Origin: Erysipelotrichaceae bacterium
GTDB lineage: Bacteria; Bacillota_I; Bacilli_A; Erysipelotrichales; Erysipelotrichaceae
Direction: 5' to 3'
DNA length: 64,000 bases
NCBI GenBank assembly: GCA_045540935.1
Contig: JAZQIF010000117.1
Coordinates: 875-64,874 of the forward strand
In this document: one piece after another, positions 1-9,666 of the stretch
Layout of the letters: each line of letters starts with the position of its first letter
Position numbering within the stretch: the stretch's first letter is position 1
The notes under the pieces: model-generated
The model's database searches: none
Told to the model about the DNA's origin: nothing
What the model saw: only the letters and a program-made list of their open reading frames with translations
Position numbers and translations under genes: made by a program

Positions 1-1
1 A

Positions 2-1090
2 TATCTGGATGCCTCGATCCTGATCGATGAAGGCGTCATCAAAGACGTCTTCGGACAGACAGATAAGATAAAACAGACATTTGAAGATACGGAAAGGATC
101 GATCTGGGCGGGTCTTTGGTGATGCCCGGATCTTTTGATACGCACAGCCACGGCATCCTGGGGATGAACTTCGATGATGTCTCGATAGAAGAGATGGAGA
201 AGATCTCCTATGAGTTTGCCAAGTCGGGAACGACTTCGTTTCTCGCATCCTTATCCTATGATGCGGATGAAGAAAAGATGATACGTCAGCTGTCCCGCTT
301 TGAAGAGTATGAAAGTTCCGGTTCCCGTTTTGAAGGCTTTCATCTGGAAGGACCTTTCCTTTCCCCGAAACATCTCGGGGTCGGCGATCCCGATAAGTTC
401 AAGTCGGTCGATCTTGAACAGCTGAAGCGGCTTTTGAATGCTTCCTCAAGGATACGGCAGGTCACCATCGCTTATGAACTCGATGGGGCAAAAAAAGCCG
501 GCGAACTCTTGCACGACAGAGGTATCAGAGTCATGTGCGGACATTCGGACGCAGTGCTTGAAGACCTCGATGAAAAGGTCGATGGCTTCACACACCTTTT
601 CAATGCGATGCGCGGTCTTCACCATCGCGACATCACTTTGGTCAACTGCGCTTTCATGAACAGATGGCAGGTGGAACTGATCGCCGATGGCAACCACGTC
701 AAAGAAAACGTATTGAAGCTGGTACTGAACAACATCGATCGGGATAAGATCATGCTGGTATCGGACTCCAGCATCGCCAGAGGACTGGAAGACGGCGAAT
801 ATTTGTTTCTGTCCAAACCGTGCACCAAGAAGGGGACGACCTTCATTACCTTCGACGGTCACTTCGCCGGAAGCGTGGTCTCGATCAACGATGAGATGAA
901 AGTTCTCTATAAGCTCGGTGCCAAGTACACCGACCTGCTGGCATATTCTTCCTATAACGCATTCCGATTCTATGGTCTGGACAGACGCTTCGGTACGATC
1001 GAAAAAGGCAAGTATGCCGATCTTGTCATCATGGATGATGAACTGAATATCAAAGACGTCTGTCTGAAAGGAGGACTCCTTCATGTTTGA
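2..1090 (+). CDS. nagA: N-acetylglucosamine-6-phosphate deacetylase, 5'-truncated by window edge
   Basis: The frame is open from nt 2 (YLDASILIDEGVIKDVF...IDLGGSLVMPGSFDTHSHG). It has the HxH metal motif of the amidohydrolase fold and a C-terminal GKYADLVIMD typical of NagA. The Met at 116 is internal, not the start. Confidence 0.8.
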   Translation, partial: YLDASILIDEGVIKDVFGQTDKIKQTFEDTERIDLGGSLVMPGSFDTHSHGILGMNFDDVSIEEMEKISYEFAKSGTTSFLASLSYDADEEKMIRQLSRFEEYESSGSRFEGFHLEGPFLSPKHLGVGDPDKFKSVDLEQLKRLLNASSRIRQVTIAYELDGAKKAGELLHDRGIRVMCGHSDAVLEDLDEKVDGFTHLFNAMRGLHHRDITLVNCAFMNRWQVELIADGNHVKENVLKLVLNNIDRDKIMLVSDSSIARGLEDGEYLFLSKPCTKKGTTFITFDGHFAGSVVSINDEMKVLYKLGAKYTDLLAYSSYNAFRFYGLDRRFGTIEKGKYADLVIMDDELNIKDVCLKGGLLHV

Positions 1091-1289
1091 GTTCTATCTC
1101 AGGGTAGGGATCTACTTCTTCTGTTTCCTGCTGGTGCTTTTCGGCATGAGCGCATTTGACTTCAACCGTTTCGTCAAACAGGGCAAAGTCGTACAGGCCC
1201 AGGTCTTGTATTTCGTCATATGCTGTGCCTTGAGTTATCTGATGGGCAATTTCATGATCGCTCTGATGTATCGTTTCTATAAAGGATAA
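1083..1289 (+). CDS. DUF1146 (YwzB-like) small integral membrane protein
   Basis: 68 aa with two hydrophobic segments. FDFNRFVKQGKVVQAQVLYFVI resembles the B. subtilis YwzB family as I recall it. A GGAGGA RBS lies 6 nt upstream, and the gene overlaps the nagA stop. Confidence 0.55.
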   Translation: MFEFYLRVGIYFFCFLLVLFGMSAFDFNRFVKQGKVVQAQVLYFVICCALSYLMGNFMIALMYRFYKG

Positions 1290-1293
1290 GGAA

Positions 1294-2133
1294 ATGAAAA
1301 AGATCTTTCTTCTATTGATCAGTGTCTTTCTTGTCAGCGGACTTTTTGTATGCGACATCCATGCCGATGTGGGTCCCAAACCTTCCGTAACGGTCTATGT
1401 CGACGAAGATATTCAAGGTCCCTATTTCGTTACGCTTTTGGGCGATCGGACACCCTACGGTCCCTGGACGAAAGTCGAGCCTGGTGATGCTGCGGCAGAT
1501 GCTTCTTTGAGAGATCAGGCCTTTGCCGCCTTTTCCCGCTATGGAGATAAGGACGGCTATCTGTTTCTGGGCAATCTGTCGAATGAACTGACAGGAACCG
1601 GATCCTTCGCCTGGACCTACTATCCGCCGGAAGAATTCAAGATCGCCATCTATGATGCAGGTTCAAAGACCTTCCTGGTCTCCGATCCCGTGAAAAGGAC
1701 AGCCTTCAATTCCTACTTTCATGTACATATCGAAAACGGCTCTCTGCAGGTAAAGGAAGAGTCCAATTTCGGGAAGGAACTTCTTGGCGCCATACTCAGA
1801 GCTCTGCTGACGGTGGCTGTCGAACTGGCTCTGGCTTATCTTTTCGGATATCGGGAAAAGAAACATATCGTTACGATCCTGATCGTCAACCTGATCACCC
1901 AGATCCTTTTAGGGGTCGTCATGATGCTGATCGATTATAACGGCGGGATGCTGACGTGGATGATCTTGTTCCCGATCGCCGAGCTTGCCGTGATCGTTCT
2001 TGAGATGGTCATCTATCAGATCGTGCTGCGCAAGGAGAAGAAAGGAAAGCTCATCCTGTATACGTTATTGGCCAATCTGCTTACGGCAGCTCTGACCTTT
2101 GCCTCGGAATTCTATAAATGGGCAGGCATGTAG
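1294..2133 (+). CDS. hypothetical exported protein with C-terminal polytopic membrane domain
   Basis: N-terminal signal peptide (MKKIFLLLISVFLVSGLFV), a soluble domain of about 150 aa, then about four hydrophobic helices. RBS AAGGA upstream. I recognise no family. Confidence 0.5.
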   Translation: MKKIFLLLISVFLVSGLFVCDIHADVGPKPSVTVYVDEDIQGPYFVTLLGDRTPYGPWTKVEPGDAAADASLRDQAFAAFSRYGDKDGYLFLGNLSNELTGTGSFAWTYYPPEEFKIAIYDAGSKTFLVSDPVKRTAFNSYFHVHIENGSLQVKEESNFGKELLGAILRALLTVAVELALAYLFGYREKKHIVTILIVNLITQILLGVVMMLIDYNGGMLTWMILFPIAELAVIVLEMVIYQIVLRKEKKGKLILYTLLANLLTAALTFASEFYKWAGM

Positions 2134-2148
2134 ACAGAAGGAAAATAG

Positions 2149-2157
2149 TGTTATAAT
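2149..2157 (+). promoter_or_regulatory. extended -10 promoter element (TGtTATAAT)
   Basis: TGTTATAAT lies about 30 nt upstream of the 2188 start. The same 15-mer AATAGTGTTATAATC recurs at 7846-7860. Confidence 0.45.
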
Positions 2158-2187
2158 CAATTTTGGATTCAAAGGAGGAAAAAACTT

Positions 2188-2424
2188 ATGGGATTACTGA
2201 TATCTTTATGTCTCAGTGCAGCATTCGGTTATGTTGCCGCTAATCTGATGAAGCTTGCGGGTCCTTGGTATCTATATGTGATCTTGGGCATCGCCGGCGG
2301 CTTTGTCGGCACCATCCTTTTCGATCTGATCGGCTTCTCAAGCAATTCGATCATTTCCGAAGCGATCGTTTCGATCGTCGGAGCGTGTGTCGTCATCGCG
2401 ATCTTCCGCAGACTGAGAAAATAA
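2188..2424 (+). CDS. GlsB/YeaQ/YmgE family (transglycosylase-associated) stress membrane protein
   Basis: 78 aa with a glycine-rich three-helix pattern (GIAGGFVGTILFDLIG...IVGACVVIAIFR) typical of the family. RBS AAGGAGGA. Confidence 0.75.
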   Translation: MGLLISLCLSAAFGYVAANLMKLAGPWYLYVILGIAGGFVGTILFDLIGFSSNSIISEAIVSIVGACVVIAIFRRLRK

Positions 2425-2429
2425 GGAAT

Positions 2430-2456
2430 AAGACAGTGAAAACTGTCTTTTCTTTT
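2430..2456 (+). terminator. intrinsic terminator
   Basis: AAGACAGT-gaaa-ACTGTCTT stem followed by TTCTTTT. Confidence 0.7.
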
Positions 2457-2478
2457 CCATAGAAGTTAAAATGTTGCT

Positions 2479-3321
2479 ATGAAAAACAAAAAGACCCTCG
2501 CCTCGTTCATGCTGGTACTGGCAACGCTGTTCTGGGGCTTATCTTATTCCGTTCAAAGCATCTCGGCGCAAGGTCTGGGTCCTTTCATGACCGTCTGTTT
2601 CAAAGGGGCAGGGGGCGTGTTCCTATTGCCTTTGCTGCTTTACAGAAAGACGAAGATCGATAAGGACATCCTGCTTGGCGGCTTATGGATGGGCATCTTT
2701 GCTTTTGGCGGCTGTCTTTTTCAGCAATTGGGTATCATCTATTCGACGGTCTCCAAGGCAAGTTTCATCACGGCTTTGTATATCATTTTCGTACCGATGA
2801 TGGAAGTCTTCTTAGGCAGAAAGATCAGAAAGGCGATCTGGTATTCCGCTTCGATCGCGGCACTGGGCTTATATTTCTTATGCATGAATTCGGTCTCCGG
2901 CATCAATATCGGCGATCTCTTCCTTCTGATCGGTTCGATCTTATTTGCCTTGCAGATCATCGTGATCGATCGTTATTCGCGAAAATGCGATCCGGTCGCT
3001 TTGACTTGTGTGTCACAGATCGTCGTCGCTTTGTTTGGCCTTGTTGCAGCATTGATCTATGAAAAACCGGATGTCTCTTCCTTTGAACAGATGATCCTTG
3101 TCATCCTTTATATGGTCTTCATCGGCGGTCTGATCTCGCAGCTCATACAGATCCGCTACCAGCGGGATCTGGATTCTTCGCTGGCTTCCCTGCTGATGAG
3201 CTTTGAATCGGTCTTCGGAGCTTTCTTTGGCTGGCTGATCCTTCATCAGGGCATGTCCTTAAGGGAGATCTTCGGCTGTATCCTGGTTTTTGCAGCGATC
3301 TTACTGGCAGAGATGAAATAG
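2479..3321 (+). CDS. EamA/DMT family transporter
   Basis: 280 aa and about 10 TM helices arranged as two EamA-like repeats. It starts with an N-terminal LATLFWGLSYSVQ motif. Confidence 0.8.
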   Translation: MKNKKTLASFMLVLATLFWGLSYSVQSISAQGLGPFMTVCFKGAGGVFLLPLLLYRKTKIDKDILLGGLWMGIFAFGGCLFQQLGIIYSTVSKASFITALYIIFVPMMEVFLGRKIRKAIWYSASIAALGLYFLCMNSVSGINIGDLFLLIGSILFALQIIVIDRYSRKCDPVALTCVSQIVVALFGLVAALIYEKPDVSSFEQMILVILYMVFIGGLISQLIQIRYQRDLDSSLASLLMSFESVFGAFFGWLILHQGMSLREIFGCILVFAAILLAEMK

Positions 3322-3322
3322 C

Positions 3323-3350
3323 TTGCATAATCATATATACGATATATAAT
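3323..3350 (+). promoter_or_regulatory. sigma-A type promoter of the marR-ABC operon
   Basis: -35 TTGCAT (3323-3328), 16-nt spacer, -10 TATAAT (3345-3350). Confidence 0.5.
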
Positions 3351-3354
3351 AAAA

Positions 3355-3376
3355 TAGTTAGTTTTCAAACTAATTA
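3355..3376. promoter_or_regulatory. imperfect palindrome, candidate MarR operator
   Basis: TAGTTAGTTT-tc-AAACTAATTA (one mismatch) lies immediately downstream of the -10 and upstream of marR. Its AT-rich stem plus T-run could alternatively act as a weak terminator for the EamA gene. Confidence 0.4.
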
Positions 3377-3394
3377 TTTTTTATGAGGAGCGAT

Positions 3395-3841
3395 ATGGAC
3401 AGAAGTGTGATAAAACAGATCTCGCATCTGGATCATTGCATCCATTCCCATGCCCTAGGCAGAGACAAGATGAAGAAGGTATTGAACTTCACACAGTTCC
3501 AGATCCTTTTTTATCTGCTGAATCATCAGGATGAGGATGTATGCCAGAAGGATCTGGAAAATGAGACGCATCTCAAGAAAGCTTCGATCACGGCCTGCCT
3601 GGATGCCTTGGAAGACAAGGATCTGATCTATCGGGAGGTCTGTAAGAGCGACAGGCGCAAGAATTTCATTCGGCTGAGTGAAAAGACGATGAAGTTTGCC
3701 CGCATGATGGTCGAAAGAGAAAAAGAATACAATGCACATATCATTGCCGGTATCCCCGAGGAAGAACTGGAAGTCTTCTTCAAGGTGACCGACAGGATCT
3801 TAAAGAATATCATGGAGGAAGAAGATGAAGCTGATATTTAG
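3395..3841 (+). CDS. MarR family transcriptional regulator
   Basis: Winged-helix pattern (LNFTQFQILFYLLNH...VCQKDLENETHLKKASITACLDALEDKDLIYREVCKSDRRKNFIRLSEK). The start is chosen at the ATG after AGGAG; the ATG at 3383 is also possible. The gene overlaps the downstream ABC gene. Confidence 0.8.
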   Translation: MDRSVIKQISHLDHCIHSHALGRDKMKKVLNFTQFQILFYLLNHQDEDVCQKDLENETHLKKASITACLDALEDKDLIYREVCKSDRRKNFIRLSEKTMKFARMMVEREKEYNAHIIAGIPEEELEVFFKVTDRILKNIMEEEDEADI

Positions 3842-5939
3842 ATATCTGAAGCCTTACCTGCTGACCGTTCTGGCGGTCATCGTTCTGACATTCGTGCAGG
3901 TACAGACGGAACTGACACTTCCGGATTACATGTCAGGCATCGTCACCAACGGCATACAGTATGGCGGCATCACGGAATCTTCCCCGCAGGCTCTGACCAG
4001 AGAAGATATGGACAAGGTCCTGGTCTTTCTTTCGGACTCTGACAAGGTGAAAGTATTAGACGGATTCAAGCTCATCGAGGCCGGTTCTTCGGCGAAGATC
4101 GATGATCAGGAAGTCCGTTTCACGAAGGATGTCTACATCAAGATAAACGAAGATGAAGCGATCGATGAACTGATGGTCAGACCGCTGGTCTACGCCTATA
4201 TGGCAGGACAGCAGGGCATCGATGTTTTTGGCGAAAACGCCCAAAGTCAGATCGAAGAAAGCCTCAAGGGACTTGAGGAAAACTACGCTTCGATGGTCCG
4301 CATCTACATACGGCAGTTATATGAGGATGTCGGGCTTTCGGCGGAGACGATACAGAACAATTACATTTTATCGACGGGATTAAAGATGCTGGGCATCGCA
4401 GCGATCGGTGTCGCCGTGCAGATCTTAGGCACTTATCTGTCGACCAAGACTTCTTCGAAGATCGCCGCAACGATGCGCAAGGATGTCTTTGAAAAAGTCG
4501 AGTCCTTTTCTTCGAGCGAATTTTCGAAGTTCTCGACTTCCTCTCTGATCACCCGTACCGGCAACGATATCACCAAGATACAGCAGCTGATACAGATGAT
4601 GATGCGGATGATGCTGATGTCACCGATCATGGGCATCACGGCCGTCATCAAAGTCATGCGCTATCCAAATATCTCGTGGCTGCTGATCGTGGCGATCGGT
4701 GTGATCGTCTGCGCGATGATCGTCCTGGCAGTCTTTGCCGTACCGAAGTTTGAAGTCATTCAGAAACTCACCGACCGTCTCAATTCGATCATGCGAGAAT
4801 TCCTGGACGGCATGCTGGTGATACGTGCCTTCAACTCGCAGAAGATCGAAGAAGAAAAATTCGACGACATCAACTCGACGTTCCGCAAGATCGACCGTTT
4901 CGTTTCCAATGTCATGAACATCATGGGACCGGTCATGACCTTCGTCATGAATGCGTTGACGGTCTCCATCACCTGGTTTGCCGCCAAGCAGATCGATATC
5001 GATGCGATGACGATCGGCGAGATGATGGCCTTCACCCAATATGCGATGCATGTGGTCATGTCCTTCATGTTTGTAACGGTGACTTTCTTCATGATCCCGC
5101 GTTCGATGGTCTCGGTGAAGCGTATCGAGGAAGTCCTCAATACGGTCAATATGATCAACGATCCAAAAGATCCGGTCGCTCTGCCGGAAGAAAACGGCAC
5201 TTTGGCTTTCGAACATGTCACGTTCCGCTATCCGGGTGCTGAGGAATCTGTTCTGGAAGATATCAGCTTTGAGGCAAAGCCCGGCGAGACGGTGGCTTTC
5301 ATCGGTTCGACCGGTTCGGGCAAATCGACGATCATCAAGCTCATCCCGCGTCTGTTTGATGTGACAGAAGGGAAGATCACCTATTGCGGACAGGATATCC
5401 GCGATGTCTCGCAGAAAGAGCTCCACGACCGGATCGGTCTGGCGACCCAGAAGGCGATCTTATTTACCGGTGATATCCGTTCCAATATCGAATTCGGAAG
5501 AAAGATATCGGATGAAGAGATGAGCGAAGCTTTGCGTATCTCGCAATCCGAATCCATCATCCGGGAAAAAGAAGAAGGACTCGCTGCGCCGATCACCCAG
5601 GGCGGTACCAACGTATCCGGCGGGCAGAAGCAGCGTCTTTCGATCGCCCGTGCTCTGGCAAAACAAAGGAACATCTATATCTTCGATGATTCGTTCTCAG
5701 CGCTTGACTATGCGACGGATAAGAAACTGAGAGCTGCCTTGAATGAACTGATCGAAAAGACGAAGGCGACGGTCTTCATCGTTGCCCAGAGGATCTCGAC
5801 GATCAAGAATGCCGATAAGATCATCGTCCTCAACGAAGGAAAGATCGTCGGCGAAGGAAAGCATGAGGATCTGCTCAAAGACTGCGAAGTCTATAAACAG
5901 ATCGCTTACTCCCAGCTTTCAAAGGAGGAACTTGCCTGA
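3825..5939 (+). CDS. ABC exporter half-transporter (TMD-NBD), degenerate-site subunit, with large extracytoplasmic insertion
   Basis: Walker A GSTGSGKST, signature VSGGQKQR, and Walker B IYIFDD followed by S (no catalytic Glu). About 150 aa of hydrophilic sequence sit between TM1 and TM2. Confidence 0.9.
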   Translation: MKLIFRYLKPYLLTVLAVIVLTFVQVQTELTLPDYMSGIVTNGIQYGGITESSPQALTREDMDKVLVFLSDSDKVKVLDGFKLIEAGSSAKIDDQEVRFTKDVYIKINEDEAIDELMVRPLVYAYMAGQQGIDVFGENAQSQIEESLKGLEENYASMVRIYIRQLYEDVGLSAETIQNNYILSTGLKMLGIAAIGVAVQILGTYLSTKTSSKIAATMRKDVFEKVESFSSSEFSKFSTSSLITRTGNDITKIQQLIQMMMRMMLMSPIMGITAVIKVMRYPNISWLLIVAIGVIVCAMIVLAVFAVPKFEVIQKLTDRLNSIMREFLDGMLVIRAFNSQKIEEEKFDDINSTFRKIDRFVSNVMNIMGPVMTFVMNALTVSITWFAAKQIDIDAMTIGEMMAFTQYAMHVVMSFMFVTVTFFMIPRSMVSVKRIEEVLNTVNMINDPKDPVALPEENGTLAFEHVTFRYPGAEESVLEDISFEAKPGETVAFIGSTGSGKSTIIKLIPRLFDVTEGKITYCGQDIRDVSQKELHDRIGLATQKAILFTGDIRSNIEFGRKISDEEMSEALRISQSESIIREKEEGLAAPITQGGTNVSGGQKQRLSIARALAKQRNIYIFDDSFSALDYATDKKLRAALNELIEKTKATVFIVAQRISTIKNADKIIVLNEGKIVGEGKHEDLLKDCEVYKQIAYSQLSKEELA

Positions 5940-7747
5940 TGCCACCGATGAGAATAGCAGAAAAACCAAAAGATTTTAAAGGCACCTTCAGACAGCTGGC
6001 CTCCTATATCAGACCGTATTACGCAAGGATCATCCTTTCCCTTGTACTGATGGTCACTTCCACTGTCATGTGCATCTATGGCCCGAAGCTGATCGGAAAC
6101 GTCACGACGCTGATCGCCGAAGGCATCCTGAACAAATATTCCGGGGGAAGCGGCATCGATTTTGAAAAGATCGGCAAACTGATCACGACGATCTTACTGA
6201 TCTATGGTGTGAGTGCCCTGATCGACTACTTCGTCAATCTGCTCCACGTCAATATCGCGATCAACATCTCTTATAAATTAAGGGATGATATCTCCAAGAA
6301 GATCAATAAGCTTCCTTTGAAGTATTTTGATTCCAAGACCCATGGCGATGTCCTGTCACGGGTCACCAACGACGTCGACAACATCTCCAACAATCTGACC
6401 TCGACCGTATCACAGGTATTGAACTCGATGGTCAATATCGTGGGCGTCCTGTTCATGATGATCTCGATCTCTTTCAAGCTGACTCTGGTCGCTTTAGTCG
6501 TTATCCCGCTTTCCGGTGTGTTGGCTGCCTTCATCGTGAAGAAGTCGCAGAAGCACTTCAAAGCCCATTCGAAGTATCTCGGTGAGATCAACGGCCACGT
6601 CGAGGAGATGTATTCGGGACACCTCTTAGTCAAGACGTACAACTACGAGGAAGAATCGCTGCGCCGTTTCGATGAACTCAACGATGAGTTATACAATGCG
6701 GCGTTTAAGTCGCAGTTCTATTCGGGTGTCATGCATCCGCTGACCGGTTTCTTGCAGAATGTCGGTTATGTGGCGGTCTGTCTGATCGGCGGTTTTGAAG
6801 TCATTCAGGGTCGGATGCTGATCGGTGAGATCCAGTCGTTCACGACTTATGTCAGAAGACTGCAGCAGCCGATCTCTTCGATCGCCCAGCTGATGAATAC
6901 GATACAGACGATGATCGCGGCAGCCGAAAGAGTCTTCGCTCTGCTCAATGAGACGGAGGAAGAAGCCGATGTCAAAGATCCGGTGAAGATCACCGATGAA
7001 AACGGCAATATCACGATTCAAGGCAATGTCACCTTTGAAAATGTGCGTTTCGGTTATGATCCGGACAAGATCATCATCAATGACTTCTCGATGTATGTCG
7101 CTCCGGGCAAAGACGTTGCGATCGTCGGTCCGACAGGGGCTGGCAAGACGACGCTAGTCAAGCTGCTGATGCGCTTTTATGAGCTCAACGGCGGTGCGAT
7201 CTATGTCGACTATAAGAACATCCGCGATTATTCGAGAAAAGACCTGCGTTCGATCTTCGGCATGGTCTTGCAGGATGCGTGGTTATTTGACGGCACGATC
7301 CGGGAGAACATCCGTTTCGGCAAACCGGATGCGACCGATGAAGAGATCTACGAAGCCTGCCGGCTTGCCCATGTCGACCGCTTCATCAAGACACTGGAAA
7401 ACGGCTACGACACGGTGATCTCGGAAGATACTTCCGGCATCTCACAGGGTCAGAAGCAGCTGCTTACGATCGCCAGAGCTTTCCTGAAAGATCCGAAGAT
7501 CCTGATCCTGGACGAAGCGACTTCTTCGGTCGATACCCGTACGGAACAGCTGATACAGGATTCGATGGAAGAACTGCGCAAGGGCAGGACAGCCTTTACG
7601 ATCGCCCATCGTCTTTCCACGATCCGCAATGCCGATATCATCATCGTCTTGGACAAGGGCGATGTCGTGGAAGTCGGCGACCATGAATCGCTGATGGAAA
7701 AGAAGGGTTTCTACTTCGATCTGTACAATTCGCAATTCGAAAATTAG
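5939..7747 (+). CDS. ABC exporter half-transporter (TMD-NBD), consensus-site subunit
   Basis: Walker A GPTGAGKTT, Walker B ILILDEATSSVD, and an altered signature ISQGQKQL. The TGATG stop/start overlap with the upstream partner suggests translational coupling. Confidence 0.9.
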   Translation: MPPMRIAEKPKDFKGTFRQLASYIRPYYARIILSLVLMVTSTVMCIYGPKLIGNVTTLIAEGILNKYSGGSGIDFEKIGKLITTILLIYGVSALIDYFVNLLHVNIAINISYKLRDDISKKINKLPLKYFDSKTHGDVLSRVTNDVDNISNNLTSTVSQVLNSMVNIVGVLFMMISISFKLTLVALVVIPLSGVLAAFIVKKSQKHFKAHSKYLGEINGHVEEMYSGHLLVKTYNYEEESLRRFDELNDELYNAAFKSQFYSGVMHPLTGFLQNVGYVAVCLIGGFEVIQGRMLIGEIQSFTTYVRRLQQPISSIAQLMNTIQTMIAAAERVFALLNETEEEADVKDPVKITDENGNITIQGNVTFENVRFGYDPDKIIINDFSMYVAPGKDVAIVGPTGAGKTTLVKLLMRFYELNGGAIYVDYKNIRDYSRKDLRSIFGMVLQDAWLFDGTIRENIRFGKPDATDEEIYEACRLAHVDRFIKTLENGYDTVISEDTSGISQGQKQLLTIARAFLKDPKILILDEATSSVDTRTEQLIQDSMEELRKGRTAFTIAHRLSTIRNADIIIVLDKGDVVEVGDHESLMEKKGFYFDLYNSQFEN

Positions 7748-7778
7748 GAAGTCTTCCCGTAAGGGGAGGCTTCTTTTT
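7748..7778 (+). terminator. intrinsic terminator
   Basis: 11-bp stem GAAGTCTTCCC-gtaa-GGGGAGGCTTC (two G-U pairs) followed by TTTTT. Confidence 0.75.
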
Positions 7779-7829
7779 CTAAGGAAAAGAGGACTTGTTT
7801 CACAGTTTGCGGATCATCATGTCCTTTGA

Positions 7830-7859
7830 TTGAATTGTGTCTGTCAATAGTGTTATAAT
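7830..7859 (+). promoter_or_regulatory. sigma-A type promoter with extended -10
   Basis: -35 TTGAAT (7830-7835), 18-nt spacer, TGtTATAAT (7851-7859). Confidence 0.55.
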
Positions 7860-7890
7860 CGCTATGGCTTTACGCCACTTCTTTTTCATT

Positions 7891-9666
7891 ATGAAACGCA
7901 AAACGATCACAGATTACTATAAAAAATATATCTGGCTGTTCCTTATCGGCATCGGCGCAGATATCATGGTCGACGTCTGTCAGACATTCGTGCCTGAGTT
8001 TTTAGGTGAGGTCGTTGAGATCGTTTCTCATAACAGCAATGTTCAGATATCCGATATCAGCAATATTTTATGGAACATCATCCTGATCGCTACGGCTCTG
8101 ATGGCCGGCAGAGCGATCCTTCGTTTCACCATCATGCGGGCATCGGGTCTGATCGAAGCGGGCGTCCGTCACGAGATGTTCTTGAAAGCAGAGCGTCTGT
8201 CACAGCGTTACTATCATGAAAACAAGATCGGTACCATCATGTCGTGGTTCTCTTCCGATGTCGAAGCGGTCGAAGAATTCGTCGGCTGGGGCACGATCAT
8301 GGCGGTCGATGCGATCTTCTTATCTGTGATCGCTTTATATAAGATGCTGCGTCTTGATCCGGTACTTTCTCTGATCGCCGTATTGCCGATGCTGGCACTG
8401 GTCATCTGGGGCAACCGCGTCGAGAAGGTCATGTCCGACAAGTGGGAAGAAAGACAGAAGCAGTTCGATAAACTGTACGATTTCACCCAGGAGACCTTCA
8501 CGGGGATCCGTGTCATCAAGGCTTTCGTCAAGGAAGCGCAGGAACTGGCGGCTTTCTCGAAAGTTGCCAAGGAAAACAGCGACAAGAACCTGGAGTTCGT
8601 CAAGATGTCGATCACCTTCGATATCTGCATCGAAGTGATCATCGGTATCACGATGTCGGTATTGATGGGGTGTGGCGCGTATTTTGTCTACCGCACGGCG
8701 ACAGGTCTTCCGGTGTCCGTGTTCGGGCATGTCATCACGCTTTCCGCCGGCAAGCTGACGACTTTCATCGGTTATGTCGATACGCTCATCTGGCCGATGA
8801 TCGCCATGGGTCAGATCTTACAGATGCATTCCCGTTTCAAGACATCGAGCGGCCGTATCTATGCCTTTTTGGATCAGGAGGAAGAGATACACAATGCGGA
8901 AAATGCGATCGTCTTATCCGACTGCAAGGGCAAGATCACGTTCAAGGATTTTTCCTTTGCCTATCCGGATGGCGATACCCATTCTTTGAAGAATGTCTCC
9001 TTTGAGATTCAGCCGGGCGAAATGGTCGGTCTGGTCGGCAAGATCGGTTCGGGCAAGACGACTTTAGTCAATACCTTATTGCATTTATACAACATCGAAA
9101 GAGGAAAGATCTTCATCGATGACATCGATCTGATGGATATCGATATCCAGAGCCTGCGCGATGCGATCGCTTATGTTCCGCAGGACAATTTCCTTTTCTC
9201 GGACAACATCAAAAACAACATCTCTTTTGCCAACAACAAGGCGGATATGGCCGATGTGCGCGATGCCGCCAAGTTTGCGGATGTCGATGACAATATCTTA
9301 GGCTTCACGGAAGGCTATGAGACGGTGACCGGAGAACGAGGCGTCACCTTATCAGGCGGTCAGAAACAGCGTATCTCGATCGCCCGTGCCTATATGAAGA
9401 ATGCGCCGATCATGATCATGGATGACTCGGTATCGGCCGTTGACGTCAAGACGGAAGAGACGATCTTGAACAACATCAATGAAAAGCGGAAAGGCAAGAC
9501 GACGATCATCATCGCGTCACGTGTTTCCACTGTTTCCCATATGGATAAGATCCTGGTACTCAACGAAGGAAACGTTGAAGCTTTTGATACGCCGGAAAAT
9601 CTTTTGAAGATCTCACCGACCTATCAGAAGATGGTCTTCTTACAGAAACTGGAGAGCGAACTCTAG
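7891..9666 (+). CDS. ABC exporter half-transporter, degenerate-site subunit
   Basis: Walker A GKIGSGKTT, signature LSGGQKQR, Walker B IMIMDDSVSAVD. The start is placed at MKRKTITDYYKK, downstream of the promoter at 7830-7859. The longer ORF from 7837 would begin inside that promoter. Confidence 0.85.
   Translation: MKRKTITDYYKKYIWLFLIGIGADIMVDVCQTFVPEFLGEVVEIVSHNSNVQISDISNILWNIILIATALMAGRAILRFTIMRASGLIEAGVRHEMFLKAERLSQRYYHENKIGTIMSWFSSDVEAVEEFVGWGTIMAVDAIFLSVIALYKMLRLDPVLSLIAVLPMLALVIWGNRVEKVMSDKWEERQKQFDKLYDFTQETFTGIRVIKAFVKEAQELAAFSKVAKENSDKNLEFVKMSITFDICIEVIIGITMSVLMGCGAYFVYRTATGLPVSVFGHVITLSAGKLTTFIGYVDTLIWPMIAMGQILQMHSRFKTSSGRIYAFLDQEEEIHNAENAIVLSDCKGKITFKDFSFAYPDGDTHSLKNVSFEIQPGEMVGLVGKIGSGKTTLVNTLLHLYNIERGKIFIDDIDLMDIDIQSLRDAIAYVPQDNFLFSDNIKNNISFANNKADMADVRDAAKFADVDDNILGFTEGYETVTGERGVTLSGGQKQRISIARAYMKNAPIMIMDDSVSAVDVKTEETILNNINEKRKGKTTIIIASRVSTVSHMDKILVLNEGNVEAFDTPENLLKISPTYQKMVFLQKLESEL

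Noticed and set aside
4620-5426. Long antisense ORF (268 aa) inside the first ABC exporter gene. Similar cases are 10948-11310, 31848-32264, 23003-23581, 39654-40073, 48630-49265 and 59911-60435.
   Set aside because: Their translations are low-complexity and rich in Asp, Arg, His and Ile, and they lack RBSs. Each lies opposite a gene with unambiguous conserved motifs. They are typical shadow ORFs.
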